Assembly: GCA_964016885.1 (NCBI GenBank)
Contig: OZ024748.1
Location: 17,856,001-17,920,000, forward strand
Direction: 5' to 3'
Length of the DNA: 64,000 nucleotides
DNA from: Eledone cirrhosa
Taxonomy: Eukaryota
Shown here in pieces: positions 25,216 to 40,677 of this stretch (position 1 is the first letter of the stretch; the number at the start of each line of letters is the position of its first letter). A model generated the notes under the pieces. The model ran no database searches. It was not told where the DNA came from and saw nothing but the letters and a program-made list of their open reading frames with translations. The translations under genes and the position numbers were made by a program.

Positions 25216-27054
25216 TTGTTGTTCAACACCCACCCAGAATGTTATGAAACCTCTACTCCTCCCATCACCAGCATCTCACCACCAGCACTAACCATACCAC
25301 CACTCCACCAACAGCATCAACACCAGCACCCACCCACCCCTCCCACCACCACCACCACCATCAAGCACCACCCCCACCACCATCCAGCACCACCCCCACC
25401 ACCATCCAGCACCACCCCCACCACCATCCAGCACCACCCCACCACCATCTAGCACCAAATCCTGGTAAAAGGCTTGGATTAGCTTTGATCCTCAGTAAAA
25501 TATTTAACTATAAGTCAATAAGTACATAGATAGTTCCACTGATCAATCAGCTGGAATACTGAATGTTGAAATCTATTCTGAACAATGGATGTGATGTACA
25601 ACAACTCGTTCTCTACCTCTGTTGCTTCAGTCACAAACCTGGGCTCTGCTACCCACAATACAGAGGAGAGGAAGATGATCAAATACCAGGGCCTGACTGA
25701 CTGCTTCCTCTTTGCACCAGGTCATTGTCAAAACCTCTGGAGTCCTTGGTCCCTACACTGCTGATTTCCTCTGTAAAGTCAGAAAGACTGTGACCCACTT
25801 GAGGAAGGGGCCCCTGTGATGTGCGATGGCTATTGCTGGTGTCCCTGGCCATTCTCTGTGGTAACGCTTTTGTTATTTTGTCTGTGGAGCTCAGCTGAGG
25901 CACCACTCAGACTCGGGTATTGTTTACTGTCCCTCTTCCTCTCTCTTTCTTTCGCTGCTTGATCCTTCTTTCTTTTTCTCTTTTTCATTTCATTTTTTCT
26001 TCTTTAGTAGTGTGTTTTGTTTTTTATTAGACACTGCTCAATTATTTTTATATAACATCAATGACTTTCCATGACAACAATAAAAGCTAAGTGTAATAAT
26101 GACTTTGACTGCAACTTGAAACCTTGTCACATTCTCAGCTTGTTATGATATCATATTCTTCCTCTTGATTTTTCTTTCTCTCCAGAAATGTTGTCACAGA
26201 TTTTTGGTAAATATTGGTCCCTCTTTATTTAAATAAGGAGGTCAAATTTAGTGGTGATAGTAGTTGTAATGTTTTATAATTGTCGTTATAATTGATTAAA
26301 TCAACAAAACTATGTTAGCAGATGTAAAACATGGTATCTGATGAAAAGAAAAATATATAAAAACCTTAGAAGAAACAAAATAAAAAATATATAGCGTAAA
26401 GTATTTAACCAGGCACCCATTCCATGCTGCCACATTTCCACCCTGTTAAATTTTTTTTTTATGCATATCATTAAATATAAAATTATAAAATTATATTTCA
26501 AACAGAAATTATAGCAAAAGAATAAGAGAAAATATCAAATTAACATGACATTTTAATGAGTCAAATTTAATCCTCCCTCTCATTTTTAAAAGCAGCATTT
26601 GTCAAAAAAATCAGAAAACCGAAACAACATTCAACTGAAATGAAAATTAAAAAATGAAATTAAAATCCTCTCATTATTTATTTATTATATTTAATGTTTG
26701 TTTTTATTATTATTCTTTTTATTTGGCATAAAATCTAATTTAAATAACAACCTTATATAAATATTTAAAAATCTAAAAATAAAATAATATGAAATAAAAT
26801 ATAAATTATTAAATCATTATTTTTTTTTTCAAGGATGTACTTTTAAAAATACTTTGGAAAAATATTTCTCTAAAAGTTCTGGAACACTAAATTTGGTTGA
26901 TATTGATTTTCGAATACAAACATTAGAAGAAAAATATAATCTATATTATAAAAGAAGAGCTGTTTCTTCGTCTGTCTGTTCATCACACTTAAATATGTAT
27001 ACATAATACATATAGTTTTTTTGTTGTTGTTTGTGTGTGTGTGTGTGTGTGTGT

Positions 27055-27254
27055 NNNNNNNNNNNNNNNNNNNNNNNNNNNNNNNNNNNNNNNNNNNNNN
27101 NNNNNNNNNNNNNNNNNNNNNNNNNNNNNNNNNNNNNNNNNNNNNNNNNNNNNNNNNNNNNNNNNNNNNNNNNNNNNNNNNNNNNNNNNNNNNNNNNNNN
27201 NNNNNNNNNNNNNNNNNNNNNNNNNNNNNNNNNNNNNNNNNNNNNNNNNNNNNN
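27055..27254. other. Assembly gap (200 N)
   Basis: Run of n after a (GT)n tract. Confidence 1.
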
Positions 27255-28525
27255 GCTACTATAAGGAGAGAAGGATACACCAGTGTTAGGTCAGGACTTT
27301 TTTCTCTATCCTAAACATACAATAGGCAAAGTGAACATTAGCAAAATTTGAACTCAATTCACAGAGGACCAGAGCCGGAAAAAATATCCAATGTTCTGAC
27401 CACTTTATAATTTTGTAAAGCCTGCATTTCATTTCAAAATTATATCACCCGTGGTTGTGAAACAAACAAGAACAGGAAAAGGTGGGAAAGTAAATAGCGC
27501 ATATGTTATAGTCAGCATCATTTCATTATAACCTTTTGTAATGTGTATTGTAAACCTTAACAAAGGGCTTGATTCTGAGTGACATGAGAGCAGGTTGCAG
27601 ATGTGTTTAGATGTTACCTTCAACTGTGTTACAATGAGATGATAATGTACAACGGAAAAGGAAGAGAAGTTGAGATTCTTGGTTAGCCATTGAAATATTC
27701 TGAACAAGCTAATTTAATTTCATTAAACCTGTTTATTATGAGACTCTCGATTAACAATTAGAATGAAGATAGATTTTGGAATTACAAGATTGGTGTTATT
27801 GCATTTAATAAAGTCAACAACAAGGAGGTTACTTATGTAACAACATACACACATGCTGTGTGGAAGACTATGACAAACCACATTACATTCACTGAGTCAG
27901 TCAATCTAATTGTTGTTGCTTAGTCCACAGTAAATCTTTATTGCCGAGGTCAATTTTGACTTTCATCCTTTCAAAGTTGATAGACTAAAAACCATTTTAC
28001 ATGGGCACCAAAACCTTCATTTACTACCAAATCATACTTAACTGTCAGTGACAGTCATAGTTGTTTAGGACCTGCTGAGGTCAACTTTGCCTTTCATCCT
28101 TTCAAGGTAAACAAAAGAAAAAGTACCAATCTAGTACTGGGATCAATTCTTCCACTATATCTCTTTCTCACTTCCTTTCTCTCACTTTCTATCCTTCTCT
28201 GAAAGAAATCTGCTATGTTTAGACTTGAAGAGGAGATAGGCTCCATCAGGTTTAAAATGCCCAATAAACGCTGTACACCACTATAGCACCCTTATGACTT
28301 CATCAGGGCTTACAGGACCATACCATACTAACCCTTTATTGAACAGAGCTGTGATTAATGCCATCCCAACCATAACCATCTCATCTCATATTTCAGATAT
28401 TGGACATCTAGGACAATATTATCCAATGTGATTTGCCATGTCATGGAAACACATATCTTATTGGTTAGAGTGTTGGTACGCCATGACAGACTGGGAAAGA
28501 TTTAATACTACTACTACTACTAAAT

Positions 28526-28665
28526 TCATCCAATTCTTTGTGGTGACATGATAAAACCTTTCCATCCCACACAATCCAACATTAACTGCCTCAATTCTTC
28601 ACTGGATAATTCTTGATCTTCCTCAATGACTCTCTTTAATGTCTTGAAGGGCCTTCCACATTTGT
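28526..28665 (-). pseudogene. RTE-type LINE 3' end with a (TAG)n tail
   Basis: GRPFKTLKRVIEEDQELSSEELRQLMLDCVGWKGFI, then a stop and TAG repeats. Confidence 0.55.
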
Positions 28666-28857
28666 CTTTCATATTAGTGGGTGCAGAGAAGCAGAACAAA
28701 TATTTCAAAGCATTCTATCTGACATACTAACTATTCTGTCAATTCACTGCCTACTCAAGGTAGGTCATTTAAGTGCAAATCAATGTTTTCAGTGATTCTT
28801 CCATTGCTGATACACTAGAGAAACTTGGCCAAGATAACAACTACAATTGCTGAAAGA

Positions 28858-29096
28858 CAGTTAATATGTGCAGGACATTGCTGGAGAAGTAAACTGGAAC
28901 TTATACACAAGCTACTATTGTGGGGATCAACTCATGAGAGACGCAATAGAGGAAGACTGGCTTGAACCTTCATCAATCAATACTCAGACAATACAAACCT
29001 CAATAGGGAGCAGTTGACAGGAGCGATGGAAAATTATGAATTATGGAGAGACTTTGTCAGGAATGTTAGACTGTGGTTGCAATGATGATGATGATA
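28858..29096 (+). pseudogene. RTE-X-type LINE 3' end with a (GAT)n tail
   Basis: QLICAGHCWRSKLELIHKLLLWGSTHERRNRGRLA*TFINQYSDNTNLNREQLTGAMENYELWRDFV. Confidence 0.75.
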
Positions 29097-30024
29097 GTAT
29101 CTGCTGGTCACAACTCCTGACAGAAGGGCTGGAATTTGAACTCAGAATGCAGAGAATCAGATCAGATAAAACAAATATCTTGTCTAGCTGTTTCACAATT
29201 CAGTCAATCCAACAACTCCTGGTCTGGTACTTTGCTTATCGACTCCCTGGAAGGATGAAAGACAAAGTTGAACTTAACAGGTTTGGAATGCAAAGCACTG
29301 GGGGATGAAAGAAAAAGTTGAACAGAAGGATGAAAGAAAAAGTTGAACTTAACAGAATTGGAACACGAAACACAGGGGTCCAGAACAAATAGCAAAACTC
29401 TAAGGATTCTGCTAATTTGCCAACCACTGGGGATAGGTGGTTTATATAGAAAACTATATAAAACTGTCTCAAATTATCTCCAATAATACATCAAAATGAA
29501 AATAAAGCCGTCAAATCATTGAAAATAAACGCTGAAATTCTACATTGATGTTCCTGTGATAAATACTACTTTAGAGAAATTATATATGATTATTAAGTAA
29601 TATAATATATTATTTAATTACATGGAATGAAATATGACGGAAACTTGAAAAACAAAACCTCCAAGATTACATAATGAAAGATCGGTAGTGTGTTAGTTAT
29701 GTTGTGTTATGATAGAAAACTAACTGCAGCGTTAGAAATTATGACATTCTCAGATAATATTCAGCTAAATAATACTTATCAATGTACATAATAAGCAATA
29801 AGAAATTACATTATCGTTTTCAATACCTTTCAATGTAATGTAATAACTAATAACGTATGAAAACACGGAATGGGATTCCTGAAACGAAATATGAAAAACA
29901 TTGTATCGCTTAATCAGACGCGATTTTCAATAACTGCTTTAGCGGAAAGAGAAATGAAACGATAGTGAAGCAAAGGAGACAGGGGGAGATGAAGAGGAAT
30001 GGAAAATAGGAAAAGAAAGAAGAA

Positions 30025-30062
<38 letters not shown>

Positions 30063-30151
30063 GTATATGTGTATATATATATATTGATATATATGTATAT
30101 ATGTATATATATATATATATATGTATGCATATATATATATATTTATATATA

Positions 30152-30202
<51 letters not shown>

Positions 30203-30241
30203 GTATGCATATATATATATATTTATATATATGTATATATA

Positions 30242-30275
<34 letters not shown>

Positions 30276-30311
30276 TATATATATATATATGTATATATAT
30301 ATATGTATGCA

Positions 30312-30382
<71 letters not shown>

Positions 30383-30823
30383 TTATAAATGTATACTTAT
30401 ATATATATATGAATATATATATCATCATCAACATCGTTTAACGTCTATCTTACAATATACATATATACACACATATGCATGTATATATATATATATATAC
30501 ATGCATATATATATACACACACAACCATATATATATATGTGTGTGTGTGTGAGGTAAGAATGGATGTATATAATGTAGTTTTAAATTTGCTCATGACATA
30601 AAATCTTCAATAGCAATTGTAGGGGAATATAAAAGTGTACAATAAAGATAAACCAAATATGGTGAATATGAAATAATTATGGCAGTTAACTGAAAATGAA
30701 TGGATAGCTGGAGAATAGAGATTTGCTTCAATTATATTCACACATTATCAAACATGTCACAGCTATTGTGAAGCCTTAGTTACTCTCTTAGCTGTCCTTC
30801 CTTCCATGCATCTATGGATATGT

Positions 30824-31340
30824 GGATATGTGGAACCTTAAATCCTGTTGGAGTCAAGTTATAGTAATGTATAGCATGTCTTTAGCATTTAAACCCAGGG
30901 TTGGGCTTTCATCTGCTGAGGGGGGACCTAAGCTATATGAAATTTGAGGCCCATCTCTATAAAAAATTGGATCTGTGGAACCTTAAATCCTGTTGGAGTC
31001 AAGTTATAGTGATGTACAGCATGTCTTTACCGTTTAAACCCAGGGTTGGACTTTCACCTGCTGGGGAGGGGGGGGGGGCCTAAGCTATATGAAATTTCAG
31101 GCCCTTCTCAATTAAAAAATTGGATACTTGGAATCTTAAATCATGTTGGAATCATAGTAATGTAAGGCATGTCTTTACCATTTAAACCCAGGGTTGGACT
31201 TTCATCTGCTGAGGGGGCCTCTAAACTATATGAAATTTGAGGCCCATCTCTATAAAAAATTTGGGAAAAAACGATTTTAAATTGGATATGTGGAACCTTA
31301 AGTCCTGTTGGAGTCATATTAATGTATGGCTTATCTTTAC
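30824..31340. repeat. ~145-160-bp tandem repeat, 3 copies plus a partial
   Basis: GGATATGTGGAACCTTAAATCCTGTTGGAGTC recurs at about 30824, 30969, 31122 and 31284. Confidence 0.9.
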
Positions 31341-31535
31341 CGTGACAGAAAAGAGAGATACACAAAAGGCAATAACCCAGAAGCAATATTATTGTCGATT
31401 GATTCTCTCTGTCACCACTAGAACAAAAAGATGGCAAAGGTCATCTAAAACACATAGCATAATGAAGCTGTTTGCTTGCAAACAAATTAAATATTATTAT
31501 TATTCGATATATAAATATAGTACCAGTAATACACT

Positions 31536-31601
31536 GGGATAATTGCTGGCCTTGTGCCAAAAGTAGAAACAATTATTATTCGATATAAAACTCGGAAATG
31601 C

Positions 31602-31654
<53 letters not shown>

Positions 31655-31803
31655 ATAATAATAAATTTGAAAGCAGCGATTCTTTGCTTAAACTTTAATC
31701 TGTTATTTTAATAAATATATATATATATATATATAATGCATTTCCGAGTTTTATATCGAATAATAATTGTTTCTACTTTTGGCACAAGGCCAGCAATTAT
31801 CCC
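31536..31803. repeat. 69-bp inverted duplication of flank (including a SINE tail) around (TA)n
   Basis: 31536-31604 is the reverse complement of 31735-31803. Confidence 0.9.
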
Positions 31804-31894
31804 ATACATAAAATAAAATATATATATATATACATAAAATAAAACACATAAAGGCAGATAGTTGGTCAGTCGTCCTCTTTGTCTTTGTCTCTGA

Positions 31895-32190
31895 TTTTTC
31901 GGACCCATGGTTTTTTATATATTCCTTTGTTATATTCCAATACCTTATGATATCACCGGATTCATATGGAACCCGGTCATTGAAATGATCATAGTATAAT
32001 AAACCATAGTATAATAAGTCCAGCCTCCTGTTATTTTATTTTATGTATAATTAACTCCGTATTCGCACCACCAACTACACAAACGAAGATGGGTGAACTG
32101 CAATGCGTTGAGTACTCTTCACAATATTACATCAGGATTGACCATACGGAATGACCAGTTCTATCCAGTGGTGAACCAACAAACCTAAAG
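31895..32190 (+). mobile_element. PLE pLTR fragment, family P4 (HHR core mutated to CTTATGA)
   Basis: Reverse-complement match to 44520-44680. Confidence 0.75.
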
Positions 32191-32239
32191 ATATATATAT
32201 ATATATATATTTTTTTTTTTTATATATATATATTTTTAT

Positions 32240-32406
32240 TTATATGCAAAAGTTCTATTAAATTGTTGGGATACAACAAGCAAATATTTTTATAACTGAT
32301 ATAAAGCACTCAACAAGTATTTGGAGTAAACATACGATATTAACAAATGGAAACTATATTTATAAAACCATATTTATTTCATTATACATATTTCAAGGAC
32401 ACCAAG
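32240..32406 (-). mobile_element. PLE pLTR fragment, family P5
   Basis: Reverse-complement similarity to 44863-45030. Confidence 0.65.
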
Positions 32407-32486
32407 ATTTGTTAATATCGTATTTTTATTTATATATATTTTTATATATATTTTTATATATATATATTTTTATTTATATATATTTT

Positions 32487-32524
<38 letters not shown>

Positions 32525-32565
32525 AAAAAAATTAAAATTTAGCTTCGAGCATAGCTGTATATAGG

Positions 32566-32900
32566 TACGTATTGGAATTTCGTATTTCTAAAGAAATACA
32601 GTATGTTTATAAATCAAGACTTAGAAAGCCGTAGCTATACAAAAACACCAATGACTATCACCACCTGGCGGTGTCCAGCAGAAGCAAGGGAGACAATCAT
32701 TGATGCTCATTTCGAACTGAACTGGTTCTCCTCAGAACGATCTCTCTCGCTCTTGCAACTGCTGGACTTTGAAAACAGGCTAGAATATATAGTTTTCTCA
32801 AAATGCGCATTAAAGATTGTGGTGTTTTTGAATAGCTACAGCTTTCTATATGTTTATTTATAAACATACCGTATTTCTTTAGAAATACGAAATTCCAATA
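32566..32900. repeat. Inverted-repeat element with ~85-bp arms
   Basis: TATTGGAATTTCGTATTTCTAAAGAAATAC... / ...GTATTTCTTTAGAAATACGAAATTCCAATA. Confidence 0.75.
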
Positions 32901-33617
32901 TATATATAATGAAAGGGTTAAAAAAAACTGAGAAGCTTTTAAAACAGACAACACAACATGTGTGTGAGTATGTGTGGATGATAACGAGAGAGAGAGTAAC
33001 TAACAGATAGAGTGAAAAAGAGCTAGAGAGAGAGGGACTGAGAGAGATAATGATAGTGTGAGAAAGAGAGAGAGAGAGATTGAAACTGAGAAAGAGAGAG
33101 AGAGAGAGAGAGAAAGTTAGAAAGGGATGGAGAGTGAGAAAGAAATACTATGAGAAAGAGATAAAAAGTCAGATAGATTGAAAGAGAGAAAAAGAGAAAG
33201 CTAGAGAAAGAGATAGAGGGGGAGAGAAATAAATAGAGAGAGAAAGGGATAGAGGGGGAGAGAAAGAGTTTAATGATAGAATCTCAGTGAACTGGGGGAA
33301 TGAAATGTTTGAAACAAAATAAAAAACTGTCTCGGAGATAGAAGACTCTCTTATCAATATAAAAGATGCTGAAAGTTTATTATATTTTATTTTGATTTGT
33401 TTCTATTTATGTTGTTGTTTTTTTGACAAACGCCGACCATATTATCTAGAAAGAAACTGTGAGTACTTGGGGATCTTTTTAGTGAGTTAACTATTCCATT
33501 ATTACCGTAACTGGCACCACTTTTCAATAGCAAAGTCTTCTTCAGAGATGGTAAAACAATGAAGAAAAAATATAATCGATAATAAAATCAAAAATCAAAA
33601 ATCAAAAATATAAAAAT

Positions 33618-33987
33618 AATTGTTTCTACTTTTGGCACAAGGCCAGCAATTACCCAGTGTATTACTAGTACTTTATTTTATCGACCCCGTAAAGATGAAA
33701 GGCAAAGTTAACCTCGGCGGAATTTGAACTCAGACCGTAAAGGGACGTAACTCTATGCTTCAAAGCATGGTGTCCGACTCTACCGATACTGCCAATCCAC
33801 CGTCCTATAATTGTTTCTCCTTTAGGCACAAGGCCACCAATTACCCAGTACATTACTGGTACTTTATTTTATCGATCCTGTAAGGATGAAAGGCAAAGTT
33901 AACCTCGGCGGGATTTGAACTCAGATTGTAAAGGGACGTAACTATGCTAGAAAGCATGGTGTCCAACCCTCTACCGATACTGCCAAT
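33618..33987 (-). mobile_element. Two tandem SINE family A copies
   Basis: Two consecutive reverse-complement copies of the family A consensus. Confidence 0.9.
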
Positions 33988-34029
33988 ATCAAATCAATAT
34001 CTTACTTACTCTTATTCTTTTCTTTTTTT

Positions 34030-34405
34030 TTTCACTCATTAAACTGTGGTCATGCTGGGGCACCCACCATCCTAAATGTATTTTTAGTTGATCATATATT
34101 GACACCAGTACAGTGGCCATGCTTGGGCACCTACCATCATAAATGTATTTTTAGTTTATCATATATCAACCCTAGTACAGTGGTCATGCTGGAGCACTTA
34201 CCATCCTAAATGTATTTTCAGTTGATCACATATTGACCCCCCTCCCCAAGTGCAGTGGTCATGCTGGGACACCCATCATCTTAAATGTACTTTTAATTTA
34301 TCATATATCGGTCATGGTTTTGATCATAAATTAACCCCAGTATTGTGGTCATGCTGGAGCACCATCATAAATGTATTTTTAGTTTATCGTATATTGACAT
34401 CCACC
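34030..34405. repeat. ~65-bp degenerate tandem repeat
   Basis: Unit GTGGTCATGCTGGAGCACC...AAATGTATTTTTAGTTTATCATATAT.GACCCCAGTAC, about 5 copies. Confidence 0.85.
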
Positions 34406-34598
34406 AGCATTACTATGTCATGGTTTTGATCATACACACATTAGCAAGACACAATTGAAAAGTACAAAACAGCACTAAAATTGCATTGTGTTGAAAATTA
34501 AACAATCTGTCTGCTAGTAAAAATACTATAAACATTTGAATTAACAAAACTGTTTTTAGATATTTTCTGCTAAATCTTTGCAGAATGCCATCAATTAA

Positions 34599-34819
34599 CC
34601 CTTTAGTATTTAAACCAGACATATCCGGCCAGAATTCTCTCATATATTTCTGTTCAAACCAGCTGTAACTGGCCACTCATACTGATGTTAAGGTATTGTT
34701 CTCAAGATAAATAATATCAAAATCTCATAGATTCGATATTATGTGAGATAATTATGTTAGGTAAATCCTTTACTGTGAAAACACAATAGTAAATATAGAG
34801 TAATGTAAATGTTAAAAGG
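34599..34819. mobile_element. piggyBac-like MITE
   Basis: TTAA|CCCTTTAGTATTTA ... TAAATGTTAAAAGG|TTAA. Confidence 0.7.
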
Positions 34820-34839
34820 TTAAAGCAGAGCATGAGACA

Positions 34840-34975
34840 TTTGACCAACTAGGAATAATGGAGAGTCACTCAAGGTAGAGCCGCTACTTCTCTGAATTGA
34901 GAGATCACAGCTCCGATACTATGGGCATGTGGTTAGAATGTCTGAGGAAAGAATCACTGGACATATTTTATGAAC
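34840..34975 (+). pseudogene. RTE LINE RT fragment
   Basis: VEPLLL*IERSQLRYYGHVVRMSEERI. Confidence 0.7.
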
Positions 34976-36161
34976 AAAATGGCTGGGGATTTAACCCTAT
35001 GATGGACTACTGCTCTGTACAGAGGGGTGTCTTATACTCATTGTCACTTAATGCCACAGAAACTTGGATAAGCACCTGAATGATGAGCCTCTGGGATCAA
35101 GACAGACTTTTAGATAAACAGTATGATTTTTCTATGACAAGTATGGAGGAAAACTCTGGACATGTTCCAGTCTAGCCAGGACTCTTCAACGGAAGTGTAG
35201 ATACAGCATAACTTAACGAAGCAAAGTTTTATCAAATTAACATGCTGATTAATTGTGCAGAAATATATATTTGGTAAGCTGGAATAATCTAGAAAAATTT
35301 CTGAAAAATGACTGTATTTCCTGCATAATAATTAACAGTAGCTGGAAGCATATTAATGCTCAGAACTTTAAAACAGCAAATTAGATATAGTGTAAAATAT
35401 ATTTGATATTAGTTGATGTAGTTTGTTTGGTTTTAAATTTTAAATATTCCTATGAATTTTAGAATATATTTAGAAGAGAAAGAATTTTAATATTCAATTT
35501 TGGAAATCTCGACAGAGTAAAATTTACATGAACACATATATTATATGCATAGTTATGTAGAAAATATAAAAAAATATTTTAGAATTATTTTAATTTTATC
35601 AATTAATTAAAATCGAAAATTTCACAGAAATATAGATTTCTGTTTAGTAAGTTAAATTTCTATATTTTTCATGATAAGGAATTTCACATTCTGATTTCCA
35701 TGATTTTTACCAATGCCTTCAGCAGCGAAGAGAAATATCTTTCAAACTGTAGATAGATATCAAGTTACTGACAGCTAATTGCTTTCTCTACAATATTTGC
35801 CATAATGTTTTCAAAATAATTTCAATAGACACCAGCATGGCTGTGTGGTTAAGGAGTTTGTTTTGCAACCATGTGCTTCTGCGATCAATCCTGCTGTGTA
35901 GCGTCCTGATTTAGTCAATCTTATTAACACATACCCACACCACCACCACCACCAGTACTTATATTTTCAAGTCTGGTATTTATTTTATCAATCTCTTTTA
36001 TTTGTCAAATATCAATATGACATCAATGTCAATTTTTTATTTAGATGAGATGCACATTTTGCAATTGATCAGCTCAAGTTCAGTCATGATTGGGCTTGAC
36101 TCTGAAATCGATAGCTCATCAGACAAGTGGATTGCTTCTATCTTCTCATGAAGCTCTAGTG

Positions 36162-36452
36162 CAGTCGTGAGCAACCTGCAGCCCGCAAAGCTTTCTGAAT
36201 GGCTTGCCTAAGTCACCTAAGTGAAATCTTTCAGATTTTTTTACCCCAACTTTTCAGTTGTAATTTATCTTTCTATCATGTTTACGATCGAGGAAAACAA
36301 TGTGTACGAATTCTGAAGAAACAAATCAAAACAACCTGAGTTACCGCCCTTTTTTTTAATGTGGCCACGAATGTAAATTAGCACTTGCGGCCCACCTGAT
36401 GATGAGTCATATCTCATGCAACCTACTTCTCGAAAAAGGATGCCCATGCCTG
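36162..36452. mobile_element. hAT-family MITE inserted in a family P3 hammerhead
   Basis: TIRs CAGTCGTGAGCAACC / GGATGCCCATGCCTG with a perfect 8-bp TSD CTCTAGTG. Confidence 0.88.
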
Positions 36453-36886
36453 CTCTAGTGTCTGAAATTTTAAGACTCATTTCTTACTATATCAAGTGGT
36501 AAACTAATATATATCTTCATTGTACTCTGCTGTTTGCTTTGTTATTTCTGTTTACTTTTTGCCTATATATATATATTTATATACTATAAATGATAATGTA
36601 TATGTGTATCTGTATATGTCTTCAATGCATCCTAGAAAAAATGGTTTTCATTTTCAAAATCTGCATTCCAAGGAGAATGTTTTAGGGTTGTTAGTTATCA
36701 ATAGAAACAAGATTTCCATTGGTCTTTCCAATTGCTAATAATATCTATTGCTCGCAAATCCAGGTAGAAGGAGCAACGTGAAATAAAGTGTCTTGCTCAA
36801 GGACATAATGCATCGACCGGTCCAGGAATTGAACTCACAACCTCACAATTGCATATCCAATTTTCTAACTACTCAGCTAGTATATG

Positions 36887-36917
<31 letters not shown>

Positions 36918-37725
36918 GTACATATCATCATCATCATCTTCCTTTAACGTCCATCTTCCACGCTAGCATGAGTTAGACTTATATACATATATATGTATAT
37001 ATATATGTATATATTTGTAAACGGAATAGAAAATGCTGACAAATTGTTCACAGTTGAAAAATGGTTTAATTAGGAATAAAAGAGTATTAGTGATTGTATG
37101 GGTTAGTATTCAGTTGTGGTTTTAAGTTTTTAAGTTTTTACCGGTTGCGCATTTCTAAATGCTTTTCAAAAATAATTTTGAGATAGAGTGTCCGTGCTGA
37201 CACATACATATATATATATATATATACACATACATATATATATATATATATAAAGGTATCATGACAAAAAGCACCCAGCACACACTGTAAATGTGGTTGG
37301 CGTTAGAAAGGGCATCATGCTGTAGAAAACCAGCCAGAAACACTCCTTCATGAACAAGACATGGTCACCCGACCCAAATTGCCTCTAAATGGGGCAAACC
37401 CATCTAACCCATACTACCGTGGAAGATAGACATTAATCGATGATGATGATGCTATCAGGCAATCATACATACACAGCACCTAGTCATGTACATACTAAGT
37501 TTCACTCTCTTGTTCTTAAAGAAGAACACCTTAAAAGGGATAACCGAAAAGAAAAATAAGACTAACTTGCCTCTGAATGGGACAAATCCGTCTAACCAAT
37601 GCTAGCATTGAAGATAGACGTTAAACGATGATGATGATGATGATGATGGTATATATGACAAGCTTCTGCAATGTCCATCTACCTAATTGACTTGGCCAAA
37701 GCATTGATCAAATTCAAGTTAAGGT

Positions 37726-38062
37726 TATAACATTTTACAAGTTTTATTTACAACTGATTACAAAAGTTAAGCTGGGTTGACAAGTCAAACAAAAGAACAA
37801 ACAAAATTAAGAGTTTTTAAGAAGTAAATAAAGACCGAAGGAGGCCCGACAGGCCAAAGTGAAAATCTCACCGTTACATAATAGCATGTTGACTTCTCAG
37901 AGCCCAAAGCAGCAAGAGGCTAGTTTTAACCAAAGAGGCGGGAAAATCTTTGAGCTGGCGGAAGTTGATATATATCGATACGCGGCTTACGATTGATCTG
38001 ACTTTAGCCAAATCACGTCTGGATAGATTATTGATACACGCCATGCAAGTAGCTCCGCTACA
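37726..38062 (-). mobile_element. Probable solo LTR related to the 45622-48123 element
   Basis: Starts TGTAGCGGAGCTAC (compare TGTAGTGACCTAC), shares GT.ACGGTGAGATTTT.CAC.TT.GCCTG.CGG, has AATAAA and a 4-bp TSD AGGT. Confidence 0.6.
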
Positions 38063-38441
38063 AGGTTGTGGTGGTGAACTCATTAACCACACAACCAGCC
38101 TTGCCTGCCACCAACAAGTTTATTAAAGGAAAGCAAACAAGCTCCATCTTTTCCCATCACACCATTTTGCTAATAGTTTATCGTGTAGAAAGAAATGCTT
38201 AAACGAGTTCATCTTCAATTTATTCTGTTAATCAATTGGGTCGGTGAAATTTGTGAAGCAGTGTAGTTTAAATAATTAATGATGAACAAATTACAGCATG
38301 TCTTTTCTCTGATTTCAGGGGCCGACCACTTCTCATTAATATCAGCAAGCTAAATATGTTGAAATCTATAAAAATTACTCTAACGAGTCCACTTTTCAAT
38401 GGTAGATTTTATCATGTGGAAAATAATAGAGAAATATATCG

Positions 38442-40572
<2,131 letters not shown>

Positions 40573-40677
40573 TTTAGCCGAAGATGTCTATGAATTGTTA
40601 ATATAGGAATATATTGGTTAAAATCTTTGTCTAATCATGTGAACGATATTACTACGGATGGTCACTTATGAAATCAC

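Noticed and set aside
25679-25906. 75-aa ORF in unique, GC-richer sequence
   Set aside because: No recognisable homology or splice structure, and upstream frames are closed.
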